Shown one piece after another: positions 37,902-49,360 of a stretch of 64,000 nucleotides of DNA. Source of the DNA: Octopus vulgaris. Taxonomy: Eukaryota. Positions within the stretch are counted from its first letter, which is position 1, and every line of letters starts with the position of its first letter. The notes beneath the pieces are model-generated. The model ran no database searches. It was not told the origin of the DNA and was given only the letters and a program-made list of their open reading frames with translations. The translations under genes and the position numbers were made by a program. Location of the stretch: positions 92,442,001 through 92,506,000 of the forward strand of contig OX597815.1 of the NCBI GenBank assembly GCA_951406725.2. The letters run 5' to 3'.

Positions 37902-40657
37902 AAAGCTCTGTGGCTGAGAACATCACTTTGCAATCAGTTTCAGATTTAACCCCAAAGCATTCATTGACCATATTTTATGTGTGAAGTTTTAATAGAAACT
38001 TGCAGAAGCTGCTGTGAATATTTGTATAAACTGGTATGTTGAGTTACAGCTTTTGAACCAAAGAAAAGATAAAATTTATTAATTTAATAAAAAGATATCA
38101 ATAAAATATTAAGACTGAAATAAGTACTGGGGTTGATAGGTTAACTAAAACACTTGAAGGCTGTGTTTCAGTATAACTGCAGTTTAATGACCATAACCAG
38201 TAAAAAAATACCTTCAAACATCAAAAGATCAATTATGTGTGTATGGGGATGGTGGAATAGAGCTCAGTTATTTCAAGTTTCCTCCAGGCAAAGCATTTAT
38301 CAGACAGTATATCTGAAATGTATTGAAAGTAATTCTTTATTGATATTCCATCTTATGAATTCCTCTGGAATGAGACCCTTGAAGCAATGAAAAAGCATTT
38401 AACTTGAACAGTAATCTATAAAGAGGCATGTTTTTAAAAAAAATGAGTTTTAGAAAAACCATATCAGTGTTATTGAGAAGAAAGAGAACAGATTAAACAC
38501 AAATAAGGACAAAGTTTGAGATATTTTGGATTATCAATGTTTCATGTCTGTATGTTAGAATAAATTCTAGCTTGTGTATATGTAGATAGTATGATCAGTT
38601 GTATTTTGCATTACATTTGTCAGTTTTTGTATATTGGGAATGGTTACCATAGATATGTGAAACCTCATCATAGAAACTTGAGTGACACTGAAATGACTCT
38701 TCCATTCTCTTTAGTTATGACTAGGGGCCTTTTTGGTCAAAATATCAAGATTATTTTAAAATGAAATTCTTCACTACATTGCCATGCTTTCAAAATCACT
38801 ATATTCATACCTATTTCAATACATAAAATCCATCTTTTTAATAGTGCACACATTTATAGTAAGAATATAGAATTGTCTCTAAGATTTTTCTTTTCCTTCT
38901 CACGTCAGATATGCTAAATTCTAGTACTGATTATTTTAGCTGTTTAACTCCACTCCCTCTGCCCAATTAAGTTCCTGAGCGAAGAAATGCAACAGAACTT
39001 TCTAAAAAGTTTTCAGTCATATTGTTTCCAAGTAGCTTGTATCACTGGTGCTTTGGAGTGTTTAGACTATTTGCTGACATGTTTTTAAGTTGAAAAGGAT
39101 GTTATTTATATATTTATATTTTTTCAATTGACTGCAGGTATGACAAGCTATCAAGTGTGTACTTTGTACTGATATCTCTATGAACCATTGTTTAAATAAT
39201 TCAACACTGTTGCATAATATTTAAGTACTTATCCTAGTTGCAATAAGTCTATAAACTTCAGGGTTGTGTATCTTTGTTAACATGATCCTGTTTTCCAGGA
39301 GAATGGCTACAGGAAGCATATCTCTGAAGACTAAACTTAGCTGTCTTAACGCTTTTAGTTTAACTTTTAAGTAGACAGTGAAATTTTAATAATTATGTTG
39401 ATTCTGTTGAGCAAAATGTCCCTCTATGTTTGCGGAAAGTTTTTTTTTTTGTTTTGTTTCACTTTTGTTACTTTATTCATTTAAAATCTTTTTAGTCTTA
39501 CCTTCATCAATATTGTATTTGGCCACCATTCTATATCACTTTGAATAATAGATGCAGGCATTGCTGTGTGGGAATGAATTGGCAGACAGAAACTGTACAG
39601 AAGCCTATTATGTGTATATCTGTGCATGTGTGAATGTTCGTTACATGTCTTTACTCTGCTATTGTGTGGATAATGGTAATATGTTTATATCTTTAGTGAA
39701 TAATTACCTGTGGCTTGGTAATTTCAATATATGAAGACCTAGGGAATAAAAATACTTTTTAATAAACAGACGGGTTGACAACAGGAGCTTTAGAATATTG
39801 CTTCAATAAATCTTAATGAATCTATGACTGCATAGGAAACACTAAAGTAAAAACAATGCAGATGATAACGAATTTGTTAAAAGCATCCAACTTAAATCTT
39901 CACTTATCAACACATCACTTCCATTGTGATATTAATGTGTTGTATCCTCTTTGTTTCTTGTGCAATGGTTTCTATGTTTCCTTTCAAGGTATCTTTGTAA
40001 TGCCTGTTCCTAATTGTGCTTGATTCTCCTGTTGTTTTCCCCATTGTTTCCCCATCATATGTCCGTTTCCCATACTGGTATGGGTTGAATGGTTTGATAG
40101 GAGCTGGCCTGCCAAACAGCTGTCCAGGCTCCAATTGTCTGTTGTGGTTGGTTTCTACTACTTAATGCCCTTCCTTGTACCAACCACTTTACAGTGTGTG
40201 TGGAGTGCTTTTAACAGGAAACTAGCATGCCTGCAAGACAAAAGAGCTCTCAGTTGGAAAATGGAGTGGTAGAATAGCCAGTTTGTAATGCTCAGGGTGG
40301 TCTTCGAGTTTTCTGTCTCTCACTCGACAAAAGACAATAACCATGCATGATACTCCAAATCATCTAAAGCAGACCTTCACCTCCTTTCATCTGTATCACT
40401 GCTGTACTAAGCACTGTAAATATTCAAGCTTAACATGAGCAGATACCAGTCTGTGACAACCTGCACAGTTTATGGGCACTGTCTATCCCACCCCCAATGA
40501 ATATTTTGTATCATAAATGGCTAGATACTAAAATTAAATTTATTTTCACTACTTTGTCTCTTTTATTATTTTTTCTTTCAAATTATAACAATTGTACAAT
40601 TTTCTGTCAGTTTAAAAACAATTTGAGCAGCTTTTGACATTCCTTTATCTTTTGCAG

Positions 40658-40788
40658 GTTACACTGGAAACTATGGTTCTATGAACCAACAACCAATGCC
40701 TACCTATTATCCCCCACATCAACACACAACTGTTACAGTTCAGCCTCCTCCACAAGTAGTTGTAGTCGGAGGTTGTCCAGCTTGCAGG
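40658..40788 (+). CDS. BRI3: BRI3 homolog coding exon 2 (GYTGNYGSMNQQPMPTYYPPHQHTTVTVQPPPQVVVVGGCPACR)
   Basis: Acceptor TCTTTTGCAG|, donor AGG|GTTAGT; 131 nt, phase 1 to 0; VVVGGCPACR is the BRI3 signature. Confidence 0.92.
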
Positions 40789-41754
40789 GTTAGTGTTCAT
40801 TCATTCATTCTTGCACATTAAGTTAGATCTTACTCATTTAACTAACTGTATAAAGCTACATACAAAATTGATGCATCTTGTTATTTTTCCTTAAATCCCT
40901 TTATACATGTTTGTAAAAAGACTATTTTATTAATTTTATGCAATGCAACTGGCATTGAAGGCTTTTTACTGTGTAATTAATGATCTATTCGAGGAGTCAA
41001 ATATTCTACTGTTCTCTAACACAGTCTCACTCCTTTCTACTCTGCTGGTTTCGTATATGGAGTCAGATGTTCATTACTTTTATTTATTTTTGCTAGAGCT
41101 TTAAAAATAATTTTTTTTTTGTTCTTTACAATTCATGGAGTAACTGTTCCTAACATTGGCACATAGCTATAAATTTCACAGAAGTTTGATTTAACCAGCC
41201 CTCGTACATAAGTATTTTATTGACATTGAAAGCATGAACAGTTTAGATATTCATCTGGATTTGAACTGAGAACCTAAAGGATATAAGTGAATGTTGTAAA
41301 ACATTTACTCTTGAATTGGAGGACATGTAAGATTGTATAAGCTGATATTCCTGTGACAGATTTTGTGATTTACATAAAATACAAATTACATTGTTATGGA
41401 TCAAAAAAACTAATGAGGTTTCTGGAATGTCACACTAACAATTTCTCCCAGATTGGCTCTCTATTGTTTTATGGTCTTGATGGTATCATAAATTAGAAGC
41501 TTTGTAAAATAACGTCATGAGATTAACTATGGTTTGTCTAATAAACCTCTTAGGTCACAATGTGTATTGTAAAGAGAGTAGATAGATACAGTTTTCTCTT
41601 TATTCCATGTATAACACTTACAGTATTATATATAGAATTATAGAGTGTATCATCTTTTGTGTTTGTTGTTACTTCTGCACTATTGTGTCCAAAATCCTGG
41701 AGGCCACTCTGAAACTAAGTTACAGAAGTAATACCAAGCACTAAACGTATGTGT

Positions 41755-42140
41755 GCAAGCATGGCTGTATGGTTAAGAAGCTTGCTTCCCAACCATCTGG
41801 ACCCGGGTTCAGTCCCCACTGCATGGCACCTTGAGAAAATGTCTTTCGGTTAGTCTTGGCTAACCAAAACCTTGTGAGTGGATTTCATGGATGAGATAGA
41901 AACTGAAAGAAGCCCAGTGTGTGTGTGTGTGTGTGTTTGTCTACTCTTGTCTAGATATGTGACGGTTGTGATGTTATTTCCAGTCTCCCATGAAGAACAT
42001 GTCTGGTTATGGAGAAATGTTACCTGGTTTTGAAACAGCTGAGGGTTGGTGAGAGGAAAGGCATCTAGTCATAGAAAAACCTACCTCAACAAATTCTACC
42101 TGATCCATGCAGACATGGAAAAGTGGATATTAAATGATAT
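41755..42140 (+). mobile_element. SINE family B' (family-B head, different body and RTE-like tail); second copy ~51811-52206
   Basis: Head TGGCTGTATGG...GGTTCAGTCC...CACCTTGAG; tail GAAAGGCATC...CCATGCA..CATGGAAAAGTGGATATTAAATGAT. Confidence 0.7.
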
Positions 42141-42757
42141 ATAATCTTTATCAACCATTTGTTTTGCACATATTTTTCCCTGGTAGCATGGTTTTGATGA
42201 ATATATTATTGGAGAATTGTTTTACACCTGAATGTTTTTCCTGTTGCTAACCCTTACATGGTTTTCAAGTACGTCCACACTGTAAAGTTGTTGGTATTCG
42301 GAAGGGCATCCAGCTGTAAAAACCTTGCCAAAATTCACCTTGCCTGTGCTTGTGCCATGTAAGAAGCACTAAGTCCACTCTGCTGAGTGAGTGGTATTAG
42401 GAAGGGCATTCAGCTGTAAAAATCTTGCCAAAACAGTCACAGAAGTTTGGTGCAGGCTTTGGCCTGGCCAGCTTTTGTGTATCTGTCCCACTCAGGGTAG
42501 CATGAAAGATGGATGTTAAATGATGATACATTTTTGAAAGCACAAAACCTGCTTGTAATCAGTTTACAAGGAAACAGTGTCGCTGCTTGTAGCTGAGCAA
42601 TTTGCAAAGCACAAATATAAGCACACACACGTGTGTGTGTGTGTGTGCATGTGTTATCAGTTTCTTTCATTTCATGTCTACTAGATCCTCTTACAAGTCT
42701 TTGGGACTTCAGTAGAAAACATTGTCTCCGAAATTATGTTGAGAAGCAAACTTCTTA

Positions 42758-43527
42758 CAGTTCTATATTTAAGAGAGTAGGAATTATGTACATTATTTAC
42801 ATCCGACGGATATTCATCCTCATCTTGTTTGTTGTTAACACAATGTTTCGGCTGATATACCCTCCAGCCTTCTTCAGGTGTCTTGGCGAAATTTCGAACC
42901 CGTTTTCTCATTCCTAAGGTTTTATTATTATTATTATTGTTGTTGGTGTTCAGGTCACTGCTTGGAATCGAGCTCTTAACCACTACGCCATATGCCCGTG
43001 GGCAATTTTTTTTTTTTTTTTTTTTTTTTTTGTTTCTTCTTTAACCTTGTTTATAATAATAATAATGAAATTATTGTATACAGTGCTCAGGTGCACCACA
43101 ATTATGGAGTGAATTTTTGGGCTTATAAATCTAATATTTCTCTATCCTTGCTTAATACCGATATATATATGTGTGTGTGTATGATATGTATTGTGTGTAC
43201 ATTAATACATGATACACTCTATAATTCTATATATAATATCCAAGGAAGGATAGAAAAATATTAGATTTATAAGCCCTAAAATTCACTCCATGAGTGCCCA
43301 TGGGCATATGGCGTAGTGGTTAAGAGCACGAGCTACTAACTCCAAGATTCTGAGTTCGATTCCAAGCAGTGACCTGAACACTAATAATAATAATAATATC
43401 GAAAAATACCTTACGAATGAGAACCCAGGTTTGAAATTTCCCCTAGACACCTGAAGAAGGCTGGAGGGTATATCAGCTGAAACGTGTTAACAACAAAGAT
43501 GACAAATATCTGTTAAATGTAAATAAC
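42758..43527. mobile_element. composite palindromic insertion: two inverted tRNA-headed elements with hammerhead-like tails, 15-bp TSD
   Basis: GAAGCAAACTTCTTA at 42743-42757 and 43528-43542; arms 42758-43004 (-) and 43295-43527 (+) are reverse complements; A box TGGCGTAGTGG, B box GAGTTCGATTCC. Confidence 0.75.
42837..42882 (-). ncRNA. minimal type I hammerhead ribozyme-like motif (degenerate); sister copy 43446-43488 (+)
   Basis: GACAC-CUGAAGA-A-GGCUG(10-nt loop)CAGCC-GAA-ACAU-U-GUGUU; stems I and II pair. Confidence 0.55.
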
Positions 43528-43705
43528 GAAGCAAACTTCTTAGACATGCAGCCATGTCATTGCCCCCCATAACAAGATCTTTATTAATTGAACTACATTA
43601 GCAATTGTTGTTTATCTACTTCAATTCTCTTTTCAAACTGTTTGCTATCTTCTATCAAATTTTAGTTATGTAGTGTTTTATGTATATTATTTTTTTCTTT
43701 TTCAG

Positions 43706-43837
43706 GTTGGCATTCTTGAAGATGATTTCACATGTCTCGGAGTGCTGTGTGCTCTGTTATTTTTCCCAGTAGGAATTCTTTGCTGTTTAGCCATGCGACA
43801 ACGGAGATGTCCCAATTGTGGTGCCATCTTTGGTTAA
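43706..43837 (+). CDS. BRI3: BRI3 homolog coding exon 3 ([43 protein letters not shown])
   Basis: Acceptor TTTTCTTTTTCAG|, phase 0, TAA at 43835-43837; LEDxFT-hydrophobic-CC..RRCPNCG is the BRI3 family C-terminus. Confidence 0.95.
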   Translation, partial: VGILEDDFTCLGVLCALLFFPVGILCCLAMRQRRCPNCGAIFG

Positions 43838-43999
43838 CTTAATATCATGGTTACTTTTTACAATGGACTAAACTGTTTTGAATTTGAAGCTGACTCATAT
43901 TTGTAAAAATTAACATTGTTTCTGAATGTGTGTGTGTATGGATATATGCACACACATCCAGATACATGCGCACAACTTAAATATATATATAAATATTAG

Positions 44000-44033
<34 letters not shown>

Positions 44034-44061
44034 TATAATATACATGTGAATATGTGATTTA

Positions 44062-44240
44062 CACGTGTGTGGATACATGACATACACGTGTGTGGATACA
44101 TGACATACATGTGTGTGGATACACGACATACACGTGTGTGGATACACGACATACACGTGTGTGGATACACGACATACACGTGTGTGGATACACGACATAC
44201 ACGTGTGTGGATACACGACATACACGTGTGTGGATACATG
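44062..44240. repeat. 23-bp minisatellite (CACGTGTGTGGATACACGACATA), about 8 copies
   Basis: Units at 44131, 44154, etc. Confidence 0.9.
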
Positions 44241-45682
44241 ATGTGTGTATGATATGTATTGTATATTATGTGTGTGTATCGTGTATATATGTATGTGTGT
44301 GTCTATGATATATGTATGTGTGTGTCTATGATATATGTATGTGTGTGTCTATGATATATGTATGTGTGTGTCTATGATATATGTATGTGTGTGTCTATGA
44401 TATATGTATATGTGTGTCTATATGTATATGTGTGTCTATATGATATATGTATATGTGTGTCTATGATATATGTATATATCTGTGTCTATATGATATATAC
44501 ATATATAGACACAGATATATACATATATCATATAGACACATATATATATATCATATAGACACACACATATGTGTCTATATGATATATGTATATATCTGTC
44601 TATAGGATATGTGTGTGTGTATATATATATATATATGCATATGTGTGTATATATATATATGCATATGTATGTGTGTGTGTATATATATATGCATATGTAT
44701 GTGTGTGTGTGTATATATATATATGCATATGTATGTATGTGTGTGTATATATATATGCATATGTATGTGTGTGTGTATATATATATATGCATATGTATGT
44801 ATGTGTGTGTATATATATATGCATATGTATGTGTGTGTATATATATATGCATATGTATGTGTGTGTATATATATATGCATATGTATGTGTGTGTATATAT
44901 ATATGCATATGTATGTGTGTGTGTGTATATGTATATATATATGCATATGTATGTGTGTGTGTGTATATATATATATGTATGTGTATATATGTATGTGTGT
45001 ATATATATATATGTATGTGTATATATGTATGTGTGTATATATATATATGTATATGTGTATATATGTATGTGTGTGTATATATATATGTATGTGTATATAT
45101 GTATGTGTGTATATATATATATGTATGTGTATATATGTATGTGTGTGTATATATATATATGTATGTGTATATATGTATGTGTGTGTATATATATATATGC
45201 ATATGTGTGTGTGTGTGTGTATATATATATATGCATATGTGTGTGTGTGTATATATATATATGCATATATGTGTGTGTGTATATATATATGCATATGTGT
45301 GTATGTGTGTGTATTTATATATATGCATATGTGTATGTGTGTGTGTGTATATATATATATGCATATGTGTGTGTGTGTATATATATATATGCATATGTGT
45401 GTATGTGTGTGTATATATATATATATGTGTGTGTGTATATATATATATGCATATGTGTGTATGTGTGTGTATATATATATATATGCATGTGTGTGTATAT
45501 ATATATATGCATGTATATATATATATATATATATGCATGTGTATGTATGCATTTGTATGTATGTGTGTGTGGATATATGCGTCTATGTATATATATGTAT
45601 ATGATATATATCTGTATGTGTGTGTATATGATATATATATGATATATATATATATATACACCTGTGTGTATGTGTGTATATA
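44240..45682. repeat. compound (TA)n/(TG)n/GCAT microsatellite
   Basis: Direct inspection; accounts for the long low-complexity ORFs. Confidence 0.95.
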
Positions 45683-46844
45683 TCTTGCACACACCAATAC
45701 AATATTAGTATTAGTGTTTGTCAAATCATGGTCATTATCACTGAAATTGTATCATTAATCTTTACTTGACCTCTCGATGCTAACACCAACCAAAATTTTC
45801 TGTAATGTTTTTCAATTTATCATTGGTGGTAGGGACCGACCCTGTTCCTCTTCCCTACTGAAACTGAGTTTAAGACTTTTGGCCTCCCCCAAAAAGCTAA
45901 TGAATGTGATATAAAATTTACTTGTTGGAATAACTAGCTGACATAATTCTTTTATTAGAACTATGGCTATCTTGATTCAGTTGAACTTTTAAGTGCTGAT
46001 TAGGTGAGACGTGAGAGATAAATTACTCAGGTTTGTTGGTGAAAACCTTGCTGATTGGAGTAGTCTCTCATAACATTTAGTTATAATTTAACATTTTTTT
46101 CAAAGAAGTTTATCAAGATTTCAAATTGATATACTAAAAAAAGTGTTTAAAATCCTGGTATAATTTTTTTTCCTTACTAATTTCCTAAAAAATACTTATA
46201 GGTGCCTGAGAACAAGACAGCCTTTTTTACTGATTTTAGGTTTATCTTTTTTCATACATACTTAGTTTGTAACAATTTTTGATTTCTGGCATTTGATTCC
46301 CTGTTAAATCACAAGATGTGTGTGTGTTAATCTGAGAAATGATTGTGTGTTCTGGAACCTGACTTGAATGCTTTATGATGGATTGTTGGTTCAGTCAGTA
46401 TCAGTACTGAATATTTTCTAACCTGTGATAATTGGTGAAAAACAAAAATAAGAAAAGATCTTAATATATGACTTAACTTTATTTCTGGAATTTTGAGTAT
46501 ATGAAAACATTTCAGATAGCTTAAACATCTACTTCAAACTATATTTGTGAATTATTAATCAGTTAATTCACATTTTTCTAGTACCATATGACACTGATAA
46601 TCTGAACATTTGCTCCATCCAAACTTTCTACATTCTACGGACCTATTTAAACCACATTGTATACAGTGAAGAGGAAATGGTTCAAATATAGTGTTTAACT
46701 ATACACAGCTCAGTAAATTTCTCTTCTGGGCAACACTGAAGTAAACCTTAGTTATATATATCCTAATTTGATGTAACATTACATCACTTCAACAAATCGT
46801 ATTCATATTTTTATTTTTATGCTAAATCATTTCCTATTTTAGTT

Positions 46845-46863
46845 AATAAATCTGTAAAATAAA
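46845..46863 (+). promoter_or_regulatory. candidate polyadenylation signals for BRI3 (two AATAAA; another near 48275)
   Basis: First AATAAA hexamers I found after the stop, followed by a T-rich tract. Confidence 0.4.
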
Positions 46864-48744
46864 ATGTATATTTTTTTCCAATTAACCTTAGAAAACAGCT
46901 GCCTAGTGGTTTTACAGGAACTAAGTTGTAGAGGTTGACTTACATATTTGCATCTAGGTTTGGGTCTTCTATAAAATCAGCGAAGATGCTAGGGGTTTTA
47001 AAAAGATACATCCATAAGAACTGTAATTATCATGCTGTTATAAACCCAGAATGAGTTTGGCAAATCTGTGACAGTAAAGGGTATAAAATAAACTGTTGTC
47101 CCTTTTCAAAATTTAATATGTAATGAGACTGACCAGTTAGTGCAACAGTATGGGAAATTGTAGAAGTTTGTAAATTTAAGATAGTATGAGATGAGAATCC
47201 TGATGTTTTAAGAAAACTCCTTTGTTGGAAAGGAGAAAAAGATCTCTCTCCAGTGAAAGACTGAAATATTCTAATCTCAAGAAACTTAGCCAACTATACA
47301 AACTTCCCTCAATTTTTTTTATCAAGACAGACCTTCCACAAGCTCTGGTGTTTTTATTTCCTTCCATTTGTTAAATTCTGTGAGCCATTATTATCAAAGA
47401 TTAGCCTTGCACTAGAATATTCTATCACATTTTAGCATGATTGTATTGGATGGCTCCTATTTCATACTAATGTTGCAAATAACTTCTATATTTCTATTTC
47501 TGTCAATCTAAACAATCGTTGATTGAAAAGTGATGGAGCTGAGTTGTATCTCTAACTCTGTATTGCCCTACCCCTGCACATGTTTCAGTGCAATAACTTC
47601 ATTTTGTACCACATTTAAATGTTGCGTTAAAATCCAAAGTTTAGTTTCGGTATATAAGTTCAGTACTTTTGGCCTTACTAATAATTCTATATAAGTCAAG
47701 AGTGTAAGGGAGATAATCCTTGTGACGGAATTCATTTTTTGTACTTCCTGTGTTTCTTGCCTGGAAACTCACTTCTGAACTTCGCAGTTTTTTTTTTTTT
47801 TTTTCTTTTCTACTAGGTGTATTATTTTAGAAAATTATTTTAACAGAAAATCTTTTTGAATTGACATAAAGCTAGTCAGGGTAATGTAGGTAATGGAATA
47901 GCTAACATAAAAGTTGTTCTCTTGAAACTTGTTTTAAAGGAAATCTGGTGCTGTGTTCTACAGAGATATTATGTGTTGCTAGCAATCTGACTAATTCCAA
48001 AGATTTTTTTTCTCTCTCACAAATTTTGAGTGCTTGAAATGAGTGGTATGACTTTAGAATTCATCCTTGAGCATGATTGGCTTTGTCTGAAAGTCTACTT
48101 TATTAATGATATATATATTAAAAAATTAAATTCTATATTGCGATGTATTCTTTTTCAATTGTAGTATTATTTTCATCAAAATATCTTAATTTCCAATTTA
48201 AAAAATTTTCTGTCTAAGTCTGACAGTAAATTGAACTGGTTTTGTTATTACATTTTAGATTAGAATTTAGTTTGAATAAATGAAATTTTATAAATAGTTT
48301 GTTAATTGTTTCTCTTTTTTGAAGTGCTTCATCTCTAATTTTTACTCTGTGTGTGTGTGTGTGCACGCATACACGTGTGTGCGTGTATATAATATTTATC
48401 TTACAGGAGATTGGATTCTGATTTGCAATAAGTAATTCAATATTAACCCTTTACTATCTCTATTTCTAACTGTATTACCTCTGGTTGCTCAACCTGCTAG
48501 AAATGACATTCTGATTTCCATAAATTCACATCCATCATTTTTAACAAAAAGAACAAAACAATGCAGTCTTATACACTTTTGAAATTGGTGGGGAGAATCA
48601 TGGCTGGAATGTGTTAGATCAAAAATTTATTTAATGAGGGTTGACCCAAGTCTTAAATAATTTTCAAAATAATAATGGGAACATTTAAAATATTATTCAT
48701 TCATATGCTTATTAAGCTGACTATTTTAAGTTAACAAGTTAAAC

Positions 48745-49360
48745 TTTGTATGCAGCAGGAGTTATTTGAAGAATGCCTGGATAAGTTCACAAGTGGTTAA
48801 TAGGTTTTGGCACCTAGCTAACCTAATTAGTATTAGAAATGGCTTTACCAAAAGCATAGTCACCAGAATTAGAACAGTGTGGAGAAAATTCAAGGAACTA
48901 TTATCTCTAGTGGTGACAAAAGGTTTCTCATTGAAAGGTAAAATTATGATGCAAAATGAAATTTATAATGCAAAATGCAAGTGTTGAAAACAGTGTGGTA
49001 GATCTTAAATAGCTGGAAAGAAATGAAGTGAGCATGCTCTGCTGGGTGAGTGATGTTAGTGTACAGGAATGATGAAGTACAAATTAAATGAGAGATGAGC
49101 AAGCCTAAGTGGAATCAGATGTAACATACAAGTGCCAAGACTGGTATGAGCATGGACTGCATGTGGAGGGTGTCAATTGCATAAAGAAATGGTGAGAGCA
49201 TGAAGTAGTGGAACCTGTGGAAAGGCTTGGAATGAAGTGGTAAAGATGGCCTCACGGAGTCAACCTCTCAAAGATGACAAAGAATTGTGGTAATTGGCAG
49301 CATGCAGTGCTCAAGAATGTGCATCCATCTGCACAAGCATAGCAAAACAATCATTAATAT
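48745..49360 (+). mobile_element. old RTE LINE 3' fragment
   Basis: RIRTVWRKFKELLSLVVTKGFSL resembles RIAWAKFRKILPLLVTKGLLL of the 24.5-kb element. Confidence 0.7.

Noticed and set aside
43307-43370. tRNA gene from A/B boxes (also at 21286, 25779, 37501)
   Set aside because: No complete acceptor stem or cloverleaf; these are SINE heads continuing into repeat bodies
44062-44240. Regular 23-bp repeats as a CRISPR-like array
   Set aside because: Units are contiguous with no unique spacers, context is eukaryotic, no cas genes
43910-45758. Long ORFs (up to 390 aa) rich in Y/I/H/T or C/V/Y/M
   Set aside because: Translations of TA/TG microsatellite, open in many frames on both strands; not genes
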